DNA of 25,661 nt from a virus (Duplodnaviria; Caudoviricetes), in the IMG/VR virus record IMGVR_UViG_3300020044_000335, positions 1-25,661 of that record, one strand, 5' to 3'. Under the pieces are notes generated by a model. That model was given only the letters and a program-made list of their open reading frames with translations, made no database searches and was not told the origin of the DNA. The translations under genes and the position numbers were made by a program. Shown here in pieces: positions 8,384-16,003 of this stretch (positions within the stretch are counted from its first letter, which is position 1; each line of letters opens with the position of its first letter).

Positions 8384-8653
8384 ATGGCATTAAAACTATC
8401 CCTAGAGCAAACACAATTTGGTGTACCAGCACCAGAGGCTTATGCTCGCATTACTAACTTCTTTGGCACTAAAGACCAAATCCAAGTACAAGTAGCTATT
8501 CATTTTAATGAAGATGCTAGGCATGGCAATATGGCTACTGTCAAAGAAAATGCTCACTATATTGCTATTGAGGACCTCAAAGGTGATTTAATTCCTGCTA
8601 TCTATGAAGTATTAAAGACTTTCAGCGACTACGCTGGCGCAGAGGATGCTTAA
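8384..8653 (+). CDS. Small fibre-associated protein (possible chaperone or tip protein)
   Basis: Strong SD AAGGAG; MALKL...TQFGV....AYARI...IYEVLKT...YAGAED pattern is typical of genes just downstream of fibres. Confidence 0.65.
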   Translation: MALKLSLEQTQFGVPAPEAYARITNFFGTKDQIQVQVAIHFNEDARHGNMATVKENAHYIAIEDLKGDLIPAIYEVLKTFSDYAGAEDA

Positions 8654-8655
8654 TT

Positions 8656-9921
8656 ATGACTACCTTAATTCCTAAGTTTGACTTAAAAGATGGTGGGGCT
8701 ACTCCTACAGGTGCGGTTAATCGTGCTATTAATGAAAAACTAGCTGAAACAGTTAGCGTCAAAGATTTTGGTGCTGTTGGTGATGGAGTTACTGACGATA
8801 CAGCCGCAATACAAGCAGCTTTAAATACTTGTGTTATAGGAACAACGGCTCAAACTATTTATATTCCAAAAGGAACTTATTTGGTTTCAGGGCTTACGGT
8901 TACTTCTACGGCCGGCAATAACAATAGTGTTGGTGAAAATTCTATTTCAATTATTGGTAAATCTGCAATATTAAAAGGTTCTGCTAGTTGCAATAAAATT
9001 TTAAGTATTACAAGTCCAAACAATACAACTTTTACTAATGGCGTATTTGTTGATGGTATTCAATTTGACATGACTTTAATGACAAGTGCTTCAAGTTCTA
9101 ACGCACTTTATATTAAAAATTCATATAACTCAAAATATCAAAATTTAACTGTACTTGGAACACCTGCTTTAGGTTATTGCATTTATATCGACCAAAGAGC
9201 TTATTCAACCAGTTTTATTTCTTGTAATGTACAAAAAGTAGCTTTATTTGGAGCGGATAGTACAACAGATGCAATTACTACTATTAATTTTTATAGTTTA
9301 AATGCTACACAAGTTACTTTAAGCCAAACTTCACAAATTGGTTTTTATGGATGTGTTGTTCAAGGAACTTCTAATATATTTAATATATATAGTTCTTTTA
9401 ACATTACTATTATTGGTGGTGATTTTGAAGGTGCATCAGGAACTTATTTAAATCTTTTATACGCAGGTGTAGGAACAGACCACGGTATTAATGGAATTAC
9501 ATCTGTAAACAATAATATTACCGCTGGTCTTACTTATGTTGTTGGACAAGCTGGCTCAAGTAATTTTAGTGATATAAAAAGATTTTCTAAAGGCGTTGTA
9601 AATGGCTCTGATGTTCAAACATTAACAAGCACTTCAGCTACAGCTATTTGGGATTTTACTGGCGATTTAAAAAATGGTTCTTATTCAAGCACAAATGCTT
9701 TGTTTTTGGTAACTGGTTCAGATGGAAGTAATGGTTTTGCAGATTTAGTGTTATATGTTTACGCTAGTGGAACTGTAACTCCTATAACAGTATCTTCTAA
9801 TGTAGTTTATGGTGCGCCGCCAACTAGAACCTATAGCTATTCGGGAACTTCTTTAAGGTTAGCTAGAAGTGCGGCAACTTGCGGAAGTGTGCGTGTTGTT
9901 TTATTAAGCAATCCAGTATGA
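8656..9921 (+). CDS. Tailspike/depolymerase-like protein (pectate_lyase_3 N-terminus, beta-helix)
   Basis: [24 protein letters not shown]...IYIPKGTYLVS followed by an Asn/Ser/Thr/Ile-rich beta-helix. Confidence 0.85.
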   Translation: MTTLIPKFDLKDGGATPTGAVNRAINEKLAETVSVKDFGAVGDGVTDDTAAIQAALNTCVIGTTAQTIYIPKGTYLVSGLTVTSTAGNNNSVGENSISIIGKSAILKGSASCNKILSITSPNNTTFTNGVFVDGIQFDMTLMTSASSSNALYIKNSYNSKYQNLTVLGTPALGYCIYIDQRAYSTSFISCNVQKVALFGADSTTDAITTINFYSLNATQVTLSQTSQIGFYGCVVQGTSNIFNIYSSFNITIIGGDFEGASGTYLNLLYAGVGTDHGINGITSVNNNITAGLTYVVGQAGSSNFSDIKRFSKGVVNGSDVQTLTSTSATAIWDFTGDLKNGSYSSTNALFLVTGSDGSNGFADLVLYVYASGTVTPITVSSNVVYGAPPTRTYSYSGTSLRLARSAATCGSVRVVLLSNPV

Positions 9922-10193
9922 CCAACGGTATCCTATTTGCCTTATTTGCCTTACTTCAATGTATAGACTTATACACTACCTATACTATTCTTAAGTCTGG
10001 CAAAGGGCATGAGGCTAACCCTATCCTTGCATGGGTATTTAGCAAGATTGGCTACCCTACAGGGCTAGCTATATTTAAATTGCTATGTGTCATTATTGGC
10101 TTCTTTTTAATGCCTTACTGGTACGCTTTAGCCATTTTAAATGCCCTATATGTATGGGTTGCATATAACAATTATAAGGTCTTAAAAGACTAA
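9918..10193 (+). CDS. Small membrane protein (DUF5658-like)
   Basis: LQCIDLYTTY......GHEANP.....K motif with ~3 hydrophobic segments; ATGA overlap supports start at 9918. Confidence 0.75.
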   Translation: MTNGILFALFALLQCIDLYTTYTILKSGKGHEANPILAWVFSKIGYPTGLAIFKLLCVIIGFFLMPYWYALAILNALYVWVAYNNYKVLKD

Positions 10194-10666
10194 TGTTTCA
10201 AACTGCGTTTCAAGCTAATGCGTTTCAAAATAACGCATTTCAAATTGTCATTACCCCTGCTGGTCATCAAGGCTCAGGAGGTGATGACGCTTGGACACCA
10301 GAAGAAAGAAAACGCAGAAAACAGTTAGACAAGAAATTAAGGCTTGCAGAAGAAAAACGCATAGATGCGGTCAAAACTGACCAAGAGTCAAGAAAACAGG
10401 CCATTAGGGATTTAGTAGACCCTAAACCTGTTGCAAAAAAGAAACAAAGTAAAGTACAATCCAATCAACAGGTTAGCGAAGATACACCGTCAGAAGTAAC
10501 CAAATATGATGCACTCATCGCTAATCTTGAACGACAAAAACAAGATTTGTTTGATGCGGTACTGATAAGACAAGCCAAAGTTCAGTTAGAACAAGAATTG
10601 GCTGTTTTAGAGGCAAAGCGCAAACAAGAACAAGACGATGAGGAAGCCATACTATTACTACTTTAA
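10193..10666 (+). CDS. Hypothetical coiled-coil protein with N-terminal AFQ repeats and C-terminal DDEEAILLLL
   Basis: TAATG overlap with the previous gene; charged helical body. Confidence 0.75.
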   Translation: MFQTAFQANAFQNNAFQIVITPAGHQGSGGDDAWTPEERKRRKQLDKKLRLAEEKRIDAVKTDQESRKQAIRDLVDPKPVAKKKQSKVQSNQQVSEDTPSEVTKYDALIANLERQKQDLFDAVLIRQAKVQLEQELAVLEAKRKQEQDDEEAILLLL

Positions 10667-11556
10667 GCCCACAAGAACAATTTGCCCTTTCTTATAAACA
10701 CCTTCACGCTGGAAGGTATGAACAAGGTTTCAAGTTGTATGAATACCGTTGGCATCCGCAAATTATCGCCAATGAACCTTCTCCTACAAGACCTGCATTA
10801 GACATCCCTGTATGGCGTGGTGAGTCTTTATTAGACAAGACTATTACTGTTCAAGTAGAGCAAGGCTTTGGCGACATTATTATGTTTGCCCGTTTTTTAC
10901 CAGCATTAAAGGCTTTAGGGGCTTCCAAAGTTGTAGTCTTGCAAGAAGGGTCACTTCACTACCTTTTAGGCCAATTAGACTGCGTAGATGTCTTTACTAA
11001 CGAAGTCGGTGGTGGAATAGGCGCAGAATCAGATTATTGGGTAGGGCTGATGTCTTTACCTTATTACATTTCCCTTGCTCATCCTATTGTTAAAAACCTA
11101 TTTCCTGTAACTACCAAGAAAATAGTCAATTCTGAAGGGTATTTACACGCTATTCCTAGCAATATTCCGCCAAAAATAGGCGTAAATTGGGAGGCTTCTA
11201 AGCAGATTTTGTACTACATCAAGTCTATGGACATGAAGCAGTTAGAAAACCTTGTAGGGCATGATTGTTACAGTTTAAACCCTAAAAGTGATGGTTTATT
11301 TAACTCTTTGCCTGACGATGGCTGGAAAAAAGATTGGAATAAGACTGCTTCGCACATGATGGCTTGTAAAGGAATTGTGACTGTAGACACAGGAACTGCC
11401 CACCTTGCAGGTGCTTTGGGCGTTAAAACCATTGTTTTGCTACCTAAAGAAGAATTTGTTTGTTGGCGATGGAAGCATGGTCGTTGGTACGATTCTGTAG
11501 TGGCTTTGCGCCCAAATGAATACGACAAAATCCCCGAACTAATAAGGAGAATGTGA
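10663..11556 (+). CDS. GT-B glycosyltransferase (GT9-like, type normally fused to TPRs); start uncertain (10654 ATT, 10663 TTA or 10735 TTG)
   Basis: HAGRYEQGFKLYEYRW...PVWRGE...EQGFGDIIMFARF...LMSLP...IGVNW...IVTVDTGTAHLAGALG...CWRW...WY. Confidence 0.82.
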   Translation, partial: LSPQEQFALSYKHLHAGRYEQGFKLYEYRWHPQIIANEPSPTRPALDIPVWRGESLLDKTITVQVEQGFGDIIMFARFLPALKALGASKVVVLQEGSLHYLLGQLDCVDVFTNEVGGGIGAESDYWVGLMSLPYYISLAHPIVKNLFPVTTKKIVNSEGYLHAIPSNIPPKIGVNWEASKQILYYIKSMDMKQLENLVGHDCYSLNPKSDGLFNSLPDDGWKKDWNKTASHMMACKGIVTVDTGTAHLAGALGVKTIVLLPKEEFVCWRWKHGRWYDSVVALRPNEYDKIPELIRRM

Positions 11557-11924
11557 TGTGTCCTAAATGCGGATGGTCAGAAGGCAACCATATTGAAGCT
11601 AAAAAGTCAGATAAAGAGTATTACCTTGAGTTTTGGGGATACACACTAGACACACCCGAAGCTGAACAAGCCTGGAAAGAAAAACAAGAAATGACTTATA
11701 GAGAAGCCCCTATGGTCATGTCTGACATTGAAGGATATGTATCACAGGTAGACGGCACATGGATTAAAAGCCGTAGTCACCATAGAAGCCACTTAAAACA
11801 GCACCGAATGATTGAATTGGGTAATGATGTGCCAATGCAGCATAAAAAAATAGAAATGAGTCGCAAAAGTAACGAAGCAAGAAAACGCCAAATCGCTGAG
11901 ATGGCATACGAAAAACTTAGATAA
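11553..11924 (+). CDS. Hypothetical protein with N-terminal CxxC
   Basis: GTGA overlap, SD AAGGAG; CPKCG and a C-terminal SQVDGTWIKSRSHHRSHLKQH...ELGND segment; directly before the scaffold gene. Confidence 0.7.
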   Translation: MMCPKCGWSEGNHIEAKKSDKEYYLEFWGYTLDTPEAEQAWKEKQEMTYREAPMVMSDIEGYVSQVDGTWIKSRSHHRSHLKQHRMIELGNDVPMQHKKIEMSRKSNEARKRQIAEMAYEKLR

Positions 11925-11933
11925 GGAAAAACC

Positions 11934-13007
11934 ATGTCAGAAGAACAACTTGACCGTAGAGAAATACTAGAAGCTGCTATGGATGCAGCAGAGGAAGGCA
12001 CTCTTGAAGCACCTATCGAAAAAGACATTGAAGTGGCTGAAAAAGACAGCATTTCAGAGGAGTCCATTAAAGAGGAAATTAGCGAACCAGACCACGAAGA
12101 AACTGCCGAAGTTTCTGCAAAATCTGAATCTACGGAGTCGTATGAAGATGCGAAGGATGAAGCTGAAGAAGCAAAGCCTGTAACTCGCCCTTCTACTTGG
12201 AAAAAAGAATATGTCCAAATTTGGGACAAAATGGAAAAAGGTGAGCAGATTTCCAAAGAAGACTTTACTAAGTTTGCTGAATATGCCAACCAGCGTGAGT
12301 CAGAATATAAGAAAGGCGTAAGCACTTATAAGGCTGAAGCTGACCGTGCTAGGGAATTAGAAAACGCTATTGCACCATTTCAGCAAGAATTTCAACAGCA
12401 AGGAATTACCCCTGCTGCATGGATTAATAATCTTGGTAGGGCGCACATGATTTTGTCTAAAGCAGACCACGCCCAAAAAATTCAAGTATTCCAACGACTT
12501 GCACAAGATTATGGTATACAATTAAATGGTGAGGGTCAATTTGTGCAACCACAAGCTGATGCTTACACACAACAACTGATGAACCAGTTAAATCAGGTTA
12601 ATCAGGAAGTGTCATCCATTAAAGGTCGGTTTGCCCAAGAGGAAAACCAACGCTTAATGAGTGAGATTGAAAGAGTACGAAGTGATGTGGAGAAATTTCC
12701 TCACTTTGATGTGGTAAGGGAAGAAATGGCTCAACTACTTGAGTTAGGTAAAGCCCAAGACCTCGAAACGGCCTACAAGAAAGCCGTGAGAATGAATGAC
12801 GATGTATGGGCGTTGGAACAGGATAGACTCCTGAAAGACGCAAAACAAGCGGCAATCAAATCACAGCAAGTAGCGAAGGCTAAGGCAGCAGCAGTAAGTC
12901 CGAAATCCGTTACTCCTAGCGGAAGGGTGTCTGAACCTGGTGATAAAAAGGATAGACGGTCATTAATTGCCGAACAAATGGGTGAGGCGTTAAGCCGTAG
13001 GGTTTAA
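11934..13007 (+). CDS. Capsid scaffolding protein
   Basis: Acidic disordered N-terminus, coiled coils, position directly upstream of the capsid gene. Confidence 0.8.
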   Translation: MSEEQLDRREILEAAMDAAEEGTLEAPIEKDIEVAEKDSISEESIKEEISEPDHEETAEVSAKSESTESYEDAKDEAEEAKPVTRPSTWKKEYVQIWDKMEKGEQISKEDFTKFAEYANQRESEYKKGVSTYKAEADRARELENAIAPFQQEFQQQGITPAAWINNLGRAHMILSKADHAQKIQVFQRLAQDYGIQLNGEGQFVQPQADAYTQQLMNQLNQVNQEVSSIKGRFAQEENQRLMSEIERVRSDVEKFPHFDVVREEMAQLLELGKAQDLETAYKKAVRMNDDVWALEQDRLLKDAKQAAIKSQQVAKAKAAAVSPKSVTPSGRVSEPGDKKDRRSLIAEQMGEALSRRV

Positions 13008-13029
13008 CTTAATTTAAAGGATAATAATC

Positions 13030-14004
13030 ATGGCATTTGCTAACTCAGCTATTACCGATATTATCGCAACGACTATTCAAAGCCGTAGCGGTGAATTGGC
13101 AGACAACTTAACACAAAACAACGCAATTCTTCAGCGCTTGAACCAAAAGGGCAATGTACGCCCATTCTCAGGCGGTAATGTGATTTTGGAAGAAATCATG
13201 TATGACGACAGCGCAACTAACAACGCTAGTTCTTATAGCGGATATGAAGTATTGAACATTGCTCCAGATAGCCCTATTTCTGCTGCTCAGTTCAAAATCG
13301 CTCAATACGCAGACTCAGTAACTATGTCTGGTCTTGAAATGTTGCAAAACAGCAGCAAAGAAGCAATCATTGACCTTCTTGATGGTCGTATGCAAGTTTC
13401 CGAAGCTCGCTTGTTGAACCGCATTTCTGGTGACTTGTACGGTGATGGTACTGGTAACGGTGGTAAAAACTTGGATGGTTTGGGCGCTGCTGTTGCAGTT
13501 TCTCCTACTTCTGGTACTTACGGTGGTATTAACCGTGCTACTTGGACTTTCTGGCAAAACCAAATCACTACTGGTGCTACTTCTACCAACATCTTGTCAA
13601 AAATGACTGACGCTGCTATCAAACAGATTCGTGGCACAGACAAAGCTGACCTTATTGTTGCTGGTAACACAATGTATTCCTACTATGTAGGCGCATTGCA
13701 AGCTATTCAGCGTATTGCTGCTGAAGAATCTGGCGCTGCTGGTTTTGCTTCCCTCAAGTTCTACGGTGGCGGTACTTCTGCCGATGTAGTACTTGGTGGC
13801 GGTTATGGCGCACAAGAAACAGCAACTTATATGTATCTGTTGAACACCAACTACATTTTCTTACGCCCACATAAAGAGCGTAACTTTGTACCTATTGGTG
13901 GCGAACGTCAGGCAATTAACCAAGACGCAATCGTGAAGTTATACGGTTGGGCTGGTAACTTGACTACTTCTAACAGCTTCCTACAAGGCTTGTTGACAAC
14001 CTAA
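13030..14004 (+). CDS. Major capsid protein (podovirus type)
   Basis: MAFANSAITDIIATTIQSRS...LADN...SYSGYE...LYGDGTG...YGGINRA...W.N; strong SD, biased codons, terminator downstream. Confidence 0.93.
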   Translation: MAFANSAITDIIATTIQSRSGELADNLTQNNAILQRLNQKGNVRPFSGGNVILEEIMYDDSATNNASSYSGYEVLNIAPDSPISAAQFKIAQYADSVTMSGLEMLQNSSKEAIIDLLDGRMQVSEARLLNRISGDLYGDGTGNGGKNLDGLGAAVAVSPTSGTYGGINRATWTFWQNQITTGATSTNILSKMTDAAIKQIRGTDKADLIVAGNTMYSYYVGALQAIQRIAAEESGAAGFASLKFYGGGTSADVVLGGGYGAQETATYMYLLNTNYIFLRPHKERNFVPIGGERQAINQDAIVKLYGWAGNLTTSNSFLQGLLTT

Positions 14005-14010
14005 TAGATT

Positions 14011-14030
14011 GGGGGAAACCCCTTTCTTTT
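14011..14030 (+). terminator. Rho-independent terminator after capsid gene
   Basis: GGGG-GAAA-CCCC (GNRA loop) followed by TTTCTTTT. Confidence 0.7.
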
Positions 14031-14062
14031 AACTGTCTAATTAATTATTTAAGGAAAATATC

Positions 14063-14359
14063 ATGGCATACTCAACACTACCCATTGCTGGGGTTGACTT
14101 AGTAGATACACAAACCGTTGCTGAACAAGCATTGAATGGCACAACAGCACCAACATTTGGCCCACTTGGAACACAGACTTTTGGTTCAGATGGTAAGCGT
14201 TATGTTTTTGCTAAAGCAACTGTAGCAATCGCAGCTTCTACAGCTACTATCGTAGTAAACGCATCAACTTTTGCAGCAACTTTGGGCGCTGGCTCATATT
14301 TCACCGCTACCTCTATGGCTTCTGGTGATTATGGCTGGTTCTCTATTGCTTCTGTTTAA
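14063..14359 (+). CDS. Putative capsid decoration/cement protein
   Basis: Small Ala/Thr/Gly-rich protein right after the capsid gene; LGT...GSDGKRYVFAKA...GDYGWF. Confidence 0.7.
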   Translation: MAYSTLPIAGVDLVDTQTVAEQALNGTTAPTFGPLGTQTFGSDGKRYVFAKATVAIAASTATIVVNASTFAATLGAGSYFTATSMASGDYGWFSIASV

Positions 14360-14399
14360 TAGGTTATCCCTACTAAATTGAAGAATTTGTAGTAAAACT

Positions 14400-14433
14400 G
14401 GGACTCTCTCACAAGGGGAGTCCCTTTTCTTTT
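14400..14433 (+). terminator. Rho-independent terminator after decoration gene
   Basis: GGGACTC(TCT)...(GGG)GAGTCCC followed by TTTTCTTTT. Confidence 0.85.
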
Positions 14434-14466
14434 AACTGTAGTACCCTAACCACTTAGGAGATTTAC

Positions 14467-15090
14467 ATGGCTATTGAAAGCGATGCACAAGGTTCGGATT
14501 CCCGACTAGCAGTCCAATTCTATAAAAAAAGTGTCAAACAAGAGGATGCCTCAAATGAAGCTGGCAGACCGATTTTTAAAGAATTTGATTTCGTAAGAAT
14601 TATGATTCCTGGCGATAATTTGACAGAAATTGACACATACGCCCAAGAGTCCCATAAACAGCGTTTTCCTCGTCAATGGGCGCATTACCAAAACCAAGTA
14701 GCAAATCATCAAGATATTGTTGGTACACCTTTAGACCAATGGCCTCAAGTTACTCGTAGCCAAGCAGAAGAATTGCGTGGATTAAAGTTCCACACAGTAG
14801 AGTCTATTGCTGAATGTTCTGACCAACAACTTCAAAGAATTGGGATGGTAGCAGGAATGTCACCCCATAATTTTCGCTTAAAAGCCAAGGCTTTCTTGAA
14901 TTTAGCTAATGATTCTGCCGAAGTAGCCCAAAGAGAAGCAGAAATGCAAGCATTAAAAGCAGAAAATGCTAAAATTAAGGAAGAAACAGATGCGAAGCTG
15001 ACAGCTATGCAAGAACAAATGTCAGCGCTACTTGCGGCTGTTGCGGAAAAAACTCCCAAAACACGCAAAACAAAAGTAGCCGAGGCTTAA
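14467..15090 (+). CDS. Hypothetical protein with HhH-like helical subdomain and C-terminal coiled coil
   Basis: GTPLDQWP.V....AEELR.LKFHTVE.IAE.SD..L resembles Rad51/RadA-N or NusA-type HhH domains; basic tail; SD AGGAG. Confidence 0.65.
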   Translation: MAIESDAQGSDSRLAVQFYKKSVKQEDASNEAGRPIFKEFDFVRIMIPGDNLTEIDTYAQESHKQRFPRQWAHYQNQVANHQDIVGTPLDQWPQVTRSQAEELRGLKFHTVESIAECSDQQLQRIGMVAGMSPHNFRLKAKAFLNLANDSAEVAQREAEMQALKAENAKIKEETDAKLTAMQEQMSALLAAVAEKTPKTRKTKVAEA

Positions 15091-15091
15091 T

Positions 15092-16003
15092 ATGTCCCAA
15101 ACGATGCTCCAAATGGTGCAACAAGTAGCAGCCGAGTTAAATTTGGCTGTGCCTACTTATGTTGTAGGAAATACTTCTCAAGATGTAAGTCAAATTTTAG
15201 CGCTAATGAATGGCTCTGGATATGACCTTCTTAAAGAATATGATTGGCAAGCATTGCAAGTGCAATATCGCTTCTATACGCAGTCTTTAACCGCCAACGC
15301 CACAACTGTCAATGGTTCGTATAACTTGACTTTTGAGGCTGGCACAGATTTAAGCGCTGTTACAAGCCAATGGCAATTAACAGGCTATAACATTCCTCAA
15401 GACACTTATGTAGTAAGCGCTAATAACACTACTAAAGTTGTTGTAATGAGCCAAATGGCTACAGGTGATGGCATACAGTCAGTCGTATGCGCTCAAACAG
15501 CCTATGACCTTCCTGCCGACTTTGAAACCATTACAAACCGTACTCAATGGGACAAGTCTAAGCATTGGGAAATGTTAGGGCCAGAAGATGCTCAACAATG
15601 GCAATGGTTAAAGTCTGGTTATATTTCAACTGGCCCAAGGGTTCGTTGGCGTATTCTTGACAAGCAATTCCAAATATGGCCTGTAATGAATACTAATGAG
15701 TATTTAGGTTGGGAATATAGGTCTAAAGGTTGGGCAAGAAGCGCATTAGGCGTTATTAAAAACAGTTTTACTGCTGACGATGACACCACAGTTTTAGATG
15801 ACCGTATTATGGTTTTAAGCACAAAACTTAAATATTGGACAATTAAAGGCTTTGACACTACTGGCGTAATGCAAGAATTTCAGCGTTATTTGTCTATTGC
15901 CAAAGCTAATGACAAAGGTGCGCCTAATCTGTCATTTGCGCCATACCCTTCCAAAGTCCTTATTGGTTACGCTAATATTCCAGACACAGGGTACGGCTCG
16001 TGA
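15092..16003 (+). CDS. Head-tail adaptor (P22 gp4/T7 gp11-like) with an inserted domain
   Basis: TMLQMVQQVAAEL...YDWQAL...YDLPADF...; position before the nozzle gene. Confidence 0.72.
   Translation: MSQTMLQMVQQVAAELNLAVPTYVVGNTSQDVSQILALMNGSGYDLLKEYDWQALQVQYRFYTQSLTANATTVNGSYNLTFEAGTDLSAVTSQWQLTGYNIPQDTYVVSANNTTKVVVMSQMATGDGIQSVVCAQTAYDLPADFETITNRTQWDKSKHWEMLGPEDAQQWQWLKSGYISTGPRVRWRILDKQFQIWPVMNTNEYLGWEYRSKGWARSALGVIKNSFTADDDTTVLDDRIMVLSTKLKYWTIKGFDTTGVMQEFQRYLSIAKANDKGAPNLSFAPYPSKVLIGYANIPDTGYGS

Noticed and set aside
10196-10243. Short DNA repeats as a CRISPR-like mini-array
   Set aside because: Units are only 12-15 bp, in frame, and explained by the AFQ peptide repeat.
10658-10696. CTT-TAA as an RF2-like +1 frameshift site
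   Set aside because: The +1 frame reaches a stop within about ten codons; the GT is in the -1 frame and no X-XXY-YYZ heptamer is present.
11881-11891. GAAAACGCCAA complementary to the HNH leader loop region (314-324); TTGGCGTTTT also at 668-677
   Set aside because: Both lie within coding sequence without supporting structure; compatible with chance.
11777-12325. 182-aa minus-strand ORF
   Set aside because: Ser/Phe-rich antisense shadow of the Glu/Lys-rich scaffold gene; no motif or SD.
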